Source: Chrysomallon squamiferum (taxonomy: Eukaryota; Animalia; Mollusca). From it: a stretch of DNA of 64,000 nucleotides. The notes under the pieces were generated by a model. That model had not been told where the DNA came from. It saw only the letters and a list, made by a program, of their open reading frames with translations, and searched no databases. How positions within the stretch are numbered: the stretch's first letter is position 1; every line of letters begins with the position of its first letter. Of this stretch, positions 33,012-46,177 are shown one piece after another. The DNA is taken from positions 12,214,001 through 12,278,000 of the forward strand of contig CM022678.1 of assembly GCA_012295275.1 (NCBI GenBank), given 5' to 3'. The position numbers and the translations under genes are program-made.

Positions 33012-33955
33012 TCAACAAATCTTTAGAGTTTTTCTTACTCTTCATTTCAATTTAAACAACATTAAAAGGATAAAAAGAAAAAAAATATATATATAAAAAA
33101 TAAAAAAAAAATTAAAAAATAAATTAATAATTATATTTTTATCGTACAGAATTAAACAAAAAAAAAAAAATAAAAAAAAAAAAAAAAAAATCCCCTTCAG
33201 CATTCCCTTCCCCATTCAAAATTGTTATTCGTCACATTTTTTCTGTCTCTTGTCAGGAAAATTTTCTTAATAACGCATTTCTAAACTAGAACTGTTTCGT
33301 CAGTGTTAAAAACCTGCAAGGTTTTGAAATAGAGTTATCAGATAGCATGCATCTTCTTGAATGTCACATTCAGTCCTTTTCATCTTTTAAAACATTAGAA
33401 CCAGAATAATTACCTATAGAACAAGCTTCTCGTTTCCAAAGCGGGTAGTTTTAAATTTTCTTTTTTTTTTCAACTATTATTTTTATTTAACGTGTTGGTG
33501 AAATGCACTCCACGTTAAACATAAATAAGAAATCCGTAACAGAATTAATTCAGAAAATGAAACTGAAAGCGTGTAAAGTATGCGGGCTATATTATTTATT
33601 TATTTATTTATTTATTATTGTAAGTAGTAATAGTAGTAGTAGTTGTTGTATTTTATATTCATTTACCATTTAAAATAATGTTCTTAACCATGAATATTTT
33701 TCTGACCTTTAAAATTACGTTAAAACAAATTTATTTTAGTTTTACAACTGTTCCAGTAATTTCGTTTAAAATGTTTATCCGTTCATGATCCCAACATTTG
33801 TTTCGTTTTCATTATCTTCTCAGTTTACAAAATTTGTCAACAGTAGTACATACAAACATTTCAGTTAAATTTATTGTGCAGGTTATTTTAATGTTTTTTG
33901 AAAAATTGACAAGTATCTTAACTTACAGTTTAATTGTTTTCTCTTTCTTTGGCAT
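30630..33955 (-). CDS. Uncharacterised 168-aa protein (possible degenerate GIY-YIG-like fold)
   Basis: Exons 33955-33927 (MPKKEKTIK), 32815-32746, 31871-31590, 30755-30630 (507 nt). Each is a GC-richer island with polypyrimidine+CAG acceptors and matching phases. Intron 3 requires a GC donor (GAG|GCGAGT). Confidence 0.72.
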
Positions 33956-34840
33956 TTTGAAGACGCTGTACTCAATCAGAAACAAACAGCTACGTAAAAC
34001 AGCACGCGCCTACTATTATGGTATTACGTCACAGTAGGAATCACGTGAAATTCGAAGTCATGACAGTATGTGCAGCGCATGCAGATAATTCATTTCGATA
34101 CAACTACCCAAATCTACATCATGGTTATGAAAGATTGGATGGACAGGATAATTTAAACAAAATAAAAAATAAGAAATAAAATGATGTTTGTATATATATA
34201 TATATATAATTTTTGAAATTAAGATTTGGACATTAATAACCATTTCTTAAGTTCAAGAGCTGGATTATGCTTTAGATAAAGGGGCAGGATACCGAAACAA
34301 TATTTAAATATGTATAATTTCAAATTATAATTTTACATTGTGAGTCTGTTAAGTTATTGCCATTGTTATCTCTTCACCTCCGTCTTCACTGGGACAACAA
34401 AGCACACTGTGCAGCAGACATCCAGTTCATCTTGAATATCATTCAGAGCACGTGTTCTAACACACGTGAACATCAGTTTTATTATATTTTAGTTTATTTA
34501 TTTATTACGGGCTTGAAGGGGATTCCTGTGCTAGTAAGCTCCGCCCCAGCGTTACAGTAATTACCTGCTTCAGTTAGGTCGACATTCACAAACAAATGTT
34601 TACATAGCCACGACAATCACGTCATCAGAAGTCATATTTAAAACTACGTTCCAGAAATGTCTTTCAAAATATCAGTAATTTTGAACCAAAAAGATGTTGT
34701 CGTTGTTGTTCTCATTACCGTTACCAATACCAGAAGTGTCAACACTGAATGTATTTATTTTTCATAAAGTTACAAATCCTCTTCTGATATATACAGTAGG
34801 AAAAATCTTCCATGGTTCACATTATGAGCTTTTTTTTGCC

Positions 34841-34854
34841 GTTACTATGGAAAC
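34841..34854. promoter_or_regulatory. RFX X-box-like motif ~0.9 kb upstream of the orphan gene
   Basis: GTTACTATGGAAAC matches the GTNRCC/T-AT-GGYAAC-type X-box consensus. Confidence 0.4.
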
Positions 34855-34890
34855 TGTACTTATGAGTGTTTGTGTCTATGGAAAATAGAT

Positions 34891-34921
<31 letters not shown>

Positions 34922-37286
34922 TAAAAGAAACAAACAAACAAACAATCAAATAAATAATAAAATAACAAATAAATAAATAGATAATTTTAGTATATGGCAG
35001 CTTCTGGGTTTTCTCTTTTATTGCATAACTTTCCCATAAATGCATTCCCGATTTCATTAAACCATAGGTTATAGTATACAGAGTCATAAACACAAATGAT
35101 TTCTTCTTTCTGAAATCAGTTTTAAAACAAAGCACAACACAATTTTATTTGATCTCTTTTAAAATAAAGTTTAATTAAAAAGCTTTCCTGATTGAAAACA
35201 TTTATGAATGGTTTTGAGTTGATGTTTTAACATTCTGGTTCTGTTAATCTACTCACAATAAGTAACACAATTACATAACATGTTTACAAAGCCCTCTACA
35301 GTGTTTACAAAATCTCCATTAATATATAAAGAAAATATTTTTGCATAATAATGGTAACAATACAGAGTATTTAACATTTAAATAATAATAATAATAATAA
35401 TTGTACAGAAACAACATATTGCTATTATGGTTAATCAAAAAAGGCTAATTTTCAAAACATTAATTACTTAAAATATTAAATGACGTCTCTAAAAAACAAA
35501 TCCAACTTGGACAATTTAAACATTAAAATCACTGAAATCATTTTTAACTAGAAAACAAGAAAGAAAGAAATTGTCAGTTTTGAAATTTTTGTATTATATA
35601 ACAGAAAAAAATATAACATTATCCATAAACCCTCACTTTGTTATTAAACTTTGTTATTAGCAAAAGCTGGTGTTAAGACTGAAACGGAATTTGGAATTTT
35701 TTATTTATAAAAGATTATCAGCTTCTTGGTTTATACATTTAAGCCTTAGCAACCTTTATTATTAATAAAGTATATCTTCAGAGCAAAAGATGGTTATATT
35801 TTCCTATTTACCTTAGTCTTGTAAAGAAATTAGAAGTAAATGAAATGCTCATATAAATATATATACACAAACATGATGTATTGTTTTATTATTTTACTTT
35901 GAAAAATATGACTGCAACTTTCTTTTTTAATCAGTATCTGATACAAGTATCTACATAAATTTTCTCATTTTAATTTTGGCAAACAAACTTTTTCATTTTT
36001 TTTTTCACCTTCACTTTGCTAAAACCTTGGAAGAGGGTACCTTAACATATTTAGATTTTATCATTAACTAATTCCAGTTCCTAAAATTATATACAATGGC
36101 TTTAAATAAATAAAATAAATATAGGTTAAAATAAAATAATTTAAAATAAATAAAATAACAAAAATAAATTTATCAAGGATTAGGATAACCTATAAACAAT
36201 ATATAATTACAGACAGTGCAAGGGAGACAACTCCAAATGTGTAACAGCAATTATTATAATTTTATTCTTCTCATATTATTAAAACAATTTTAAAAGTATC
36301 ATAAAATATTTTATTGTAAGTCATAATTTTACTGCTTATATTTTCTCACAAGTTTTTGATACTGGATTTAAGTCACAGACAAGTTAAAAAATTATCTCAG
36401 CTGGATATTTCTACAGAAGAACATCTATTTATTATTACTGGATTTTTAAAAATGAATTGGTATAATATAATGAATAAAATTAAAACTTGGTTGTATAAAG
36501 AAAAATTTCTTCTTAAGGTATAGAATTTTAATTGTTTGTTTGACTGACTAGAGAAAAAAAATATAACATTATGTAAAGGCAATAACAATAATAATTACAG
36601 GTTACCTCCCTTGTTCAACACAAGCTTCGTGTCTTCAGAAAAGTAATGCATAAAATGTGATTAAAATCAAACATAATTAACTTTGAATTAAAAAATGCTG
36701 TAGCTTTACTATTATTCAGTATCTTTAAAAACTTTTATCCCAACTGAAACTGAAAAATGCACAACTTGTTTTCCTGACTTAGTGCTACATGATAAACTAC
36801 CTCTCAGAAGAACTTCCAGTTGTATCAAATTAATATAAATGATTAAAGGACATATTTTAAGTTAGGTGATGAACCTGTTCTAATCTGAATGAAGAGAAAG
36901 TCAGTAAACCAATCACATTATTATGTGGTTGACCTTGACCTTTAAAATAAATAAATAACAATAATAACTGACTTTTAAACTATGTTACAACATCAATTTG
37001 ACTGCCTTGAACATATTGAGTAGCATACCAGCTTTGCTTACAGTTACCTCCCTTTATAGCATCTTCTTACAAAAAATGATAACATCTTATAAGAGAAATG
37101 TAAATAATAAAACATTGTCCAGATATCTTTTTTAATTAAAAATGGGTAACCATACATGCTGCCACAGAGTCTGTTCTCTTTAAAAATTAATAAATGACTT
37201 GTTATAATCTCTATTCTTTCCTGATGCATCAAATGTATGTAGTTTGTCTTCTGTTGTGTAAATTCTGCTACACCAAGAAGAGGTCC

Positions 37287-38076
37287 TTAGTCGTCATCGC
37301 TGTCTGCGTTGATTGTACTTTGTCTAATTGCAATATTCATAACGTCTTTAATCTCCTTTTTAGGTGGTGCATCCAGCTGTGACTTCACTGCACCAGCCTG
37401 GGCCAACATCCACTCTAGTTCTGAAAAATAAACATCAAAAATATCTGCATGTAGCTTTAAAAAAATAAAAATGTAAAATTAAACATAAATATACTGAGCC
37501 ATTAGTTTGTGAATTTTTTATAAAATCATTAAGATGTGAACTTGAAGAACAAAGAAAATGTCTAACACCAAAATATATGTTATTTATACAATTATCATAT
37601 TTCTGAGAAAACCACCTTGCCCAGACAATGGCCTATCTTAATGAATAGTCACATACATTATTCTGAATGTGAATTCTCATAAATGTACTGACTTACCATC
37701 CTGTTTGATATTCATGCCACCAAAAACAAGCGGACCAACAAACTGTTTCTTCAAATCTGACTCGAAGTAAACGAAGATGGTTGGAAGATTTTTGTCGGGG
37801 TAGTTTGGAATGCAAACTGTGGAGATGCTTTTAAGAAACTTAGTGGCAGGAAATTTTTTAGCAAGATTTGATAGGTACTGATTCAGCAGTGTACAGAGAG
37901 GAATGCTAAAAAAAAATGAAGTATTAACATTAACATTTATTAATTTTTAGAGATAAAATACTATTTTAATAAAATAAGAATAGGAGAGATGAAATAACAC
38001 AATAAATCCAATTTTATTGATAATCAGTAACATACATTATATATAGGTATGTCTGTTGGTAGAAGTATTTTAAATA

Positions 38077-38121
<45 letters not shown>

Positions 38122-38740
38122 TTATTAAACAGAATATTATTAGTTAGTTAGTATATTAAGTTTTTTAAACTTATCTGTATTTATAAAAATATATTACCAC
38201 ACTGGTTTATAATATGTAATACTATACTTGCCCTTTTTTGTAATATGTTTTACTTACTTGACTGACCTTGTTTACAGTAACTTATTAAACTTATGTTTGT
38301 TTATAAACATGTATTACCACACTTGCTGATTTTTGGTATTTACCTGTGTTTATAATATATTTAGTATTACTAAACTTACCCTTGTTTATAAATATGGATG
38401 ACAACCCATACCCCAGTCCCGGCTTCATTAACTTGTGTTATCCAATCAACTTTTGAAATTTCCACCACACTTCCGTAATTTGCCTTCTTCTGAGCTTCAC
38501 GCAATTCCTCTATTCTTCTCCTCCTGAGAGAAGAAATAAAAATAAAAATAAAAAACTTAATTATAATACTTGAAAATAGTGGTCATTATGTTCCTATAAG
38601 ATGAATACAAATATAATTTATTATTTCTAACAATGAGCTAATTTTAGAATGATTAACTTAATTTTCATTTCTTATTGATTGATATATATTATTATTACTA
38701 TTACTATTACTATTACTATTACTATTACAATTACAATTAC

Positions 38741-38791
<51 letters not shown>

Positions 38792-41198
38792 CATTATTAA
38801 TATTGAAAAGAGAAACTAAACAGAAAAAAAACATTTCTGAACGTCAGAAGTTTATTTTAATTTCATATTTTACAGGACATAACGTCAATAATAAAACAGA
38901 ACAGGGAGGTAACTCTCCAAAGGGAGATAAATCTTACCTATATTCCTCAAATAATCTTTCTTCTTCTTCATCTACACTGTCTTCATTTTCGTCAAGTTCC
39001 TGTAATGTCATTTCATCAAGTCCTCGTCCTGATGCAGAAAAAAAAAGAGGATGAAAACAAATCAAAAAATAGAAATAAAAAAATAAAAAAATATAAAATG
39101 AAATAATAAAATCAAAATAAATATCTTCAAATATATATATATATATAAATATTAAATACTCTGAATGTCCATTATTTTTTCTCTTGATTCATAAAACAAA
39201 AATTTTATATGCTTTAAAACAAAAATACCTTCTGTTTTAAATTATATTATTATTAGAAAAACAAAATTCCAGTATCCTTTTATTTCATATTTAGAATTAA
39301 AATGATTTATTAATTCTTAATTTATGTCACATTAATTTGGACTTTATGTTAGTTACAGTTAGATAACAGAATGCACATTCAAAATTAGTTTTTTATTTTA
39401 TAAAGTATTACAAAATTTAAAGTCTTTTAAAGTCTTTTGCTTTTCCCGTACCTAGTACTGAATATTTTGAGTTGAGACAAAAAATCCAGCTTATTACAAT
39501 CAGCCATTGTCTGAGTGTCATCAAATTCTACTCTATTTTAAATTTTTGCTACTAAATGGTTATTTTATTAATTCAGATCAACTTTAAGTTTGTTCTGGCT
39601 GTAACAAATATTTAAATTTACCCTGAGTTTTGTCTTGTATCGTCTGTTCGACCATGTTAACAATGTCATCCTCTGTAACCTCAGTTTCCTTCGGTGGAAT
39701 GATTCCTCTAGCTCTGAGCACATCATTCCATTCAGTGTCTTCATTAGGATCCTTAAAACATGCAAATATTATAATTATATTAATGTACTCATAACAAATG
39801 TTCATTGAAAAATATACTCATTTGTTTATTCCATCTTAAAGCATTTAAAAAATATTTATGCTTGTATACAAATATTCATCAGACCCACACATCAACACAA
39901 CTGTGTGCATATCTGTTTAATTTGTTAAAAACACATGCACATATAAACAGATATAATTCATATATGTATGTAATGAGTAAATTTCATACTGACAACAAAA
40001 AACATAAAAATAAAGTACAAATAAAATGAAATAAGTAAAAGAAAATTTATATGATCAGTTCTGTTACTCAGTCTGAAGTCTCAGTGTCTGCAGTATTCAA
40101 TAGCCAATCTGCTTTTCATGCTGATATATCATAAACATTCATTCAGTCATTCACTGCATCTTCAAACTGATATTCTGTTTTAGTAATATATAAATAAATA
40201 TAAAACATAATTGAGTATTTAACCTTGAACAATTATCCTGTGAAATTAACGACCAATGAAACTTATAGCTCTACATTTTTTCTCTAAGATTACTGTGCAG
40301 AAATACACAAACTTTCTTTTTTGCCCTATTTAAACACACACACACACACACACACACACATCAATACAGATATTGATATTTAATACCTGGCTGTGTTTTA
40401 CTTATTAAGAACAAAAATGAACTGAATTTATTATTAATTATGTAATGTCCCATAGATAAGATATAATAATATACATATACAACTCACTAAGATGCTAAAA
40501 ACAAAAATTAATTAAATGTATTATTAACAATGTAATGTGAGAATTAATCCCATCACAAAGAAAACATGGACTAAATTTAAATTTTATTTTGCTTCTTAAA
40601 CAAAGAAAAACATATTCAGCTGTATCGGTACTTACACGTTTCAGTTTGAATCATAACGTTCAAAATACATGCTTTAATAAGCGATATTTGTATATCATAT
40701 GGTATATAGTAAAAGAAGAAAAAGGTGTGTGGGGGGGTCTTTCAACAAAAAATTAAACTGTAACGATTTCCCTGAAATTCATTTATTTACTCTTTTATTC
40801 TTATTTATTTATATTGTTTTGATGTTGGATATAACGTTTCAAGAAATTTTCACCATATTATTATCTCGATGGTGGAAAATTATTAATGATCAGTCTATAT
40901 GCTGTGGCATATTTCATTGGTAAATGTTCTTTTCGGTCCTTTGTCATTCATAAACAATGTCTGATGGAAAAATATAACATAGGATAAAGAACTAATAAAC
41001 ATAAATAAACATACTGATTTTAAATACCCGTTCAATGAAACAAAGCAAATATCTGAAAATTGACTGGTTTACTGCCCTTGTTTCAAAGCATCTTTTTTCC
41101 CCTTTAAACTTCTAAACCACCGATTAACTACAGCAATAGAATAATGTGATATTATTATTTCTATCCACAGTGAAACATTTTAGCTTTCTTACCTGCAT
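37287..41198 (-). CDS. PDCL3: Phosducin-like protein 3 (PhLP2A/VIAF), 237 aa
   Basis: Exons 41198-41193 (MQ), 39751-39622, 39028-38938, 38523-38380, 37905-37697, 37420-37287 (714 nt). Diagnostic motifs [87 protein letters not shown]. Confidence 0.95.
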
Positions 41199-41677
41199 TG
41201 TTTCTTATTACGTCTGTACCGCTGTAACGCGGATATCAGGAATCTAAGAATAAAGTGCTACTTAATACATCAACAAATACGGCGATTCCCTTATTAGCCT
41301 CGTTTTCGACATACGTGTGACATCGTGAGGAAAACCCATTCGTTTCCTTATTTGGCACTACATACGACAAGTTTAGAAAGTTGCGTAATTATATTCCTGT
41401 TTAAATCATTATTCAAAGGTATGTTTATATCTGTTTCTGTGTATATATGTGTCTGTGTGTGTGAGAAAGATGCATGGAAATATGCAAATAATGGTTATTA
41501 ATAATGACGGTAATACTAATACTGTTAGTAACAGTAACCCTAACAGTCACATTTTTATTTTTAAATATCAGTTAACATCACATCAGGAAAAAACGTATCT
41601 GTTAGGGATTTCTAAATATAATTTAACAAGAATTTGAAGAAAAGTACAGAAATATATATTAAAAAAAAAAAAAAAAA

Positions 41678-41710
<33 letters not shown>

Positions 41711-42150
41711 CCACAAAAAAAAGACTGAAAATCAAAATAATTAAATGAAATAGTAATGAAAATTATTTTATTTATTTTTGTCGTTTCTGACGAATTTCCC
41801 CTTCAAAAAAGTATACTGTATAGTATTTTATTTTCTCGCACATACGCACTCCCGGTTTGTTCATTGAAAATTTAATAATAATAATAATAACAACAACTGT
41901 CTCAGCACTGAATACTTTGAATTTCCCGTAAAAATACTTAATCTAAAAAAAAAAAAAAAAAAAAAATATTTCAGATAATCCTGAAGTATTAATTTTATAG
42001 AAATTAAGGTCACGGAATTGTCCGATGATAGGGTATTTGTTTTCCACAAAATACTTTCTCTCGACCTACAAAACTGATGACGTAGAACGCAAACGGGATA
42101 TCCTCCTCGCCCACTAAATGAAGCATATCCGCCGAGATCCTCCTGGACAG
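41199..42150. promoter_or_regulatory. Head-to-head (possibly bidirectional) promoter region between PDCL3 and the BTB-ZF gene
   Basis: PDCL3 ATG at 41198 (-) and probable first exon of the BTB-ZF gene ending at 42150 (+) lie <1 kb apart. CpG-richer patches at ~41210-41390 and ~42060-42150, with a TGACGT CRE-like site near 42078. Confidence 0.55.
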
Positions 42151-42700
42151 GTAAAATATTCAGCCATTTTGTTCGAAATTACATTTACCATTAAAGTGAA
42201 ATTCAGCGAGATAATATTTCACGAGATAATATGTTACAGAGTTAGTTGATATTGAAGGAAATAGTATGAGAAATGAACGAATACCCCCTCGCGATTTTGT
42301 TTATAATGGGAGGAAATCTGTTTAAGACGTGGCAGGTACTCTACCTTTTCCTCATTTATGTCCTCATCCCATGGTTTTTACTTACCTGTTATTTTTGTCT
42401 GAAAACAGTGAAGTCGAATTCACAAAAATCCAATAATTTAAATTTGTTGTTTAAAAATGGTCAACAATTTATTCTAAATTTTGTTAAGATAATGATTTTT
42501 CCCTCTTTTTGTCAGGAATCATAATATTTGTAATGATGCAGTATTATTTTATAATCATCATTAAGTATGACTGAAAGCCTAATTTTGAAACAATTTTAAA
42601 ATTGATTATGTTGAAATATTTATGTTATAAAAATCTTCATTTATTTATAACTTGATAAAACAGTTTACTTGTTTCAGAACTGACTAAATGACTGATTCTG

Positions 42701-45700
42701 ATGGATAGCACAATGGATAGTTTACTACACTACACATCAGTGAACCATGCTGACTGCCTAATCAGCGAAATCAACAAACTACGTCGAAGCGAACAGCTGT
42801 GTGATGTGGTCATTATTGTTGGAGAATATCGTATTCCAGCCCACCGACTCATTCTGTCAGCTAGTATGCCATACTTCCACTCCTTGCTTGACAAACCAAG
42901 AACAAGTCGGCCAACCGAAGTGGTGCTTAGTGACATAGATGGTGAAGCTACAAAGAACATCATTGAGTTCTGTTACACGTCTGCAATCTCAATAACTGAG
43001 GAGAACGTAATGATGCTGTTGCCAGCTGCTTTCACATTCCAGTTAGATGAGATTAGTAACCTGTGTTGTGATTTTCTCATGTCACAACTCCAGCCCAGTA
43101 ACTGCCTTACCATCCACCAGGTGGCAGTGCAGTGTGCATGTCATGACCTTCAGCAGGAAAGTGTGACCTTCATACAGAAACATTTCGATGAGGTAAATTT
43201 GCAATATTAATTTCATAGTCTGAACTTTATATTCAGATTGTTTTTAAATAACTATAGTTAACACATCCTTGATGTATGGCACGTTTTACAGATAATAAAA
43301 GAGGAAATCTTATGCTAGTTATGGATTACTTTTTTTGTTTAGCAAAAATTGGTGGTGTATCATCTACTGCATGTTGCAGAAAACATTGACTCTGATGGGA
43401 AATCTAGCAATATGTTGACTTGAAAAAACAATAATATACTGTGTAAAATTCATATAATGGATCCATTTAAGGACTGCATAAAACAGGGAAATAGACTGAG
43501 GAAATTACCTTTCCTTGTTTATGTTAGACCAGATCTTCACAGATGTAGCAGACGTCATATTAGTGATATTACTGGAAGACTGTCAGTATCTGTGTTACCG
43601 TGCTTTGATTACCTTTTTAGTTCAAATGTTTAATTCAGCTAATCATGACTGACTTGAAACAATAATGTACTATCACTGCAATAGATTCAGTGTTTCTGTA
43701 TTTTCTTTTTCCAGATTTTAAAAGAAGATTCATTTCTGGAGAGCTCTGTGTACAGTGTATCACAGTCTCTCTCTTGTCTATTAGACGGAGTACTGACCTC
43801 ATCACAGGTCACTGGTGCTCTCAGGAAATGGGTGGAACATCAAAGTGAAGAAAGAGAGAAAATGGCACCTGAGGTATAATGTGAAACCTACTAAATGTTT
43901 CATAAATAAATAAATACCAGGAGAGGACATATATCATATGTGTCTTTACTTCTTAAATTATGATGAAACAGATTTTTTTTTCAAATCTTTTATAGACATG
44001 ATTACTGTTTGTTGATATCTCCAAATGATTAATGTTGATATCTCCAAATGATTAATGTTGGATTCGAGTACAAAATAAATTCTTAATTTTATCAGATTAA
44101 TTTTTATAATATGCAGGATGCACATGGAATATTACAGTAATGGTATAAAATTATCATACAGGTGTAATTTTGTATTGCTGTGTAATATATCTCTAGATAT
44201 CTCTATACTTCCAGATATCTTTCTACTTCCCAAAACTTATAGATGAGTTGAAGGAATTTCTTCCAGAAGATCAGTTAAAAACATCTTTAAACAGTGAAGG
44301 TAAAAATTATCATTTATTTTTCATTATATACTATTAAACTGGGGATAGTGGAACACAGGAGAAATTATCTTTTTATGATTAGTAAAAAGCCATAATGAAT
44401 ATTTGTTTGTGGGATTAATTGACTGAATATTATCCTTAAGTAGTTACATAATTGGAAACTTGTAAACAAAATTATTTGTTAAAAGTTAAGTGTCATTAAA
44501 TAATAATCATTATTGCATATTTCTAAAAATTGTTTATAATGTATAATAATTTTTTAATGTATAATAATTTTATATATGTATATATATATATATATACGTT
44601 GTGTTTATTATTTAATATGATATTTTGATTTTGAAGAATGCAACAACACCAGTCCTGCCATTTCGAACAATGAAGAGATTACAAAAATGGTTGACAGTCC
44701 ATTATCATTCTCCAACAGTCCAAGCTACAGACAGTCTAGAAGTCCTAATTACCAACAGTCAAACAGTCCAAACTTCCGTCATTCCAGAAGTCCTAATTAC
44801 CAACGGTCCGGTAGTCCAAACTTCCGACAGTCCAGCAGTCCAGACTACAGACAGTGTTACAGTCCGGATTACCAGCATACGTCGAACAGTCCAGGGACGA
44901 AGCACTTCAACCACAGCGACGATGGCTATGTTACGACAAACGGCCTCCACAAAAACACGACAATTATCTGCACGATATGTGGTGAAATCTTCAATTCACA
45001 GTCGGAACTGGAAATACACAGACAGGAGTGTGAGGAATCGGCTCCCTCTGCAGATCTCTGCGAGTTTCCACCCAGCTCAGGCACGACGTCTGAGACAGGA
45101 AAACAAAACTACCTCAGTCACACCTCATCGCCCAAGTGTTCCGATTCGTCGCTCAGAGGCGGATTTCCCTGCCCCATCTGTGGGAAGCACTTCCCGTGCA
45201 AGAAAAACCTGGGCAAACACATAAAGATACATTCACAGTTTGGATTCGAGTGCGAGGTGTGTTTGAAAAAGTACAGCACCAAGTCCAATCTGCAGGGTCA
45301 CATGAGAATACACTCAGGGGAAAAGCCATATAGCTGTGAGTTTTGCGGGAAAGGTTTTGTGAGTTACTGTGTGCTCAAAGTGCACATTCGTACTCATACA
45401 GGCAAGAAAAAATTTATCTTTTGTTTAATTGTATTTCAAAATATTTGTACAATTAATTTTTTTATGCAAATTTTTTTTTTTTAAATATAGATAAAATTTT
45501 CAAAATTATGATTCATGAAAATGCATTTTTAAAATTTTGTCTCATTTGGAGTTCTAAATTATGAATGGGGTTGAGATTCACTGTTAAACAAGTATATAAT
45601 ATTTTTTAAATATGTATTATTATTGTCTTTACATTCAGCATTAGTCAACTGTTCAGTGTATTACTGGTTGTAATGAATGAGCAAAAACATGTTTCTTTAT

Positions 45701-46177
45701 TCGTCTGAAACAACATTTGATAATTTGTTTTCTTTGCTTTCTAAGTATACTGAAAATATATTTAGTTTTAATTTATATCAAAAACTTACAGGTGAAAAAC
45801 CATTCCCTTGTCCTACCTGTGGTGTGTCATTCGCTAAGAACATCCACCTCAAGCGCCACTTACAGATCCACACCGGAACCAAACCTCACCGCTGTGACAT
45901 CTGCAGCAAGCACTTTTCCCGTTCCGACCACCTCAAGCGCCACATCCAGAGCATCCACAGTGGTGCGAAGCCTCACTCGTGTTCTCTGTGTGGGAAAGAC
46001 TTTGTCCGGAAGTACGAGTTAAACAAACACTTCAAACTTCACTTTGCAGCGACCATTGACGGTAGCCTCACTATCATTGACCCCAGCAATGATTCATCAT
46101 TCAGTAATGATCAGGCGGCCGCAGACAGCCCTAGTCCAGAAACAGCAGCAACACGAGAAGACAATGTTATGGTATAA
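42701..46177 (+). CDS. BTB-BACK and C2H2 zinc-finger protein (ZBTB-like), ~628 aa
   Basis: Exons 42701-43192, 43715-43873, 44215-44299, 44637-45401, 45792-46177 (1887 nt). Kelch-family-type BTB (LCDVVIIVGEYRIPAHRLILSASMPYF...IIEFCYTS...CCDFL) followed by a BACK start (LQPSNCL...FIQKHFDEI...KWVEH). One C2HC-like finger and six C2H2 fingers, several joined by SGEKPY/TGEKPF-type linkers. Probable 5'UTR exon ending at 42150 (CAG|GTAAAA) with acceptor at 42677. Confidence 0.88.
44717..44884 (+). repeat. Coding 24-nt tandem repeat (7 x octapeptide SP[SND][YF][RQ]xxx)
   Basis: SPSYRQSR SPNYQQSN SPNFRHSR SPNYQRSG SPNFRQSS SPDYRQCY SPDYQHTS; every unit begins AGT CCN. Confidence 0.92.

Noticed and set aside
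34281-34547. Second copy of the GGGCGGA-terminated MITE
   Set aside because: Only the right end (agctccgcccc) matches. The left end is weak and I could not align the interior with 28735-28991.
44625-45224. 199-aa alternative-frame ORF with TxSxxVQ repeats
   Set aside because: Off-frame reading of the 24-nt coding repeat in the zinc-finger exon, starting at a non-ATG intronic codon.
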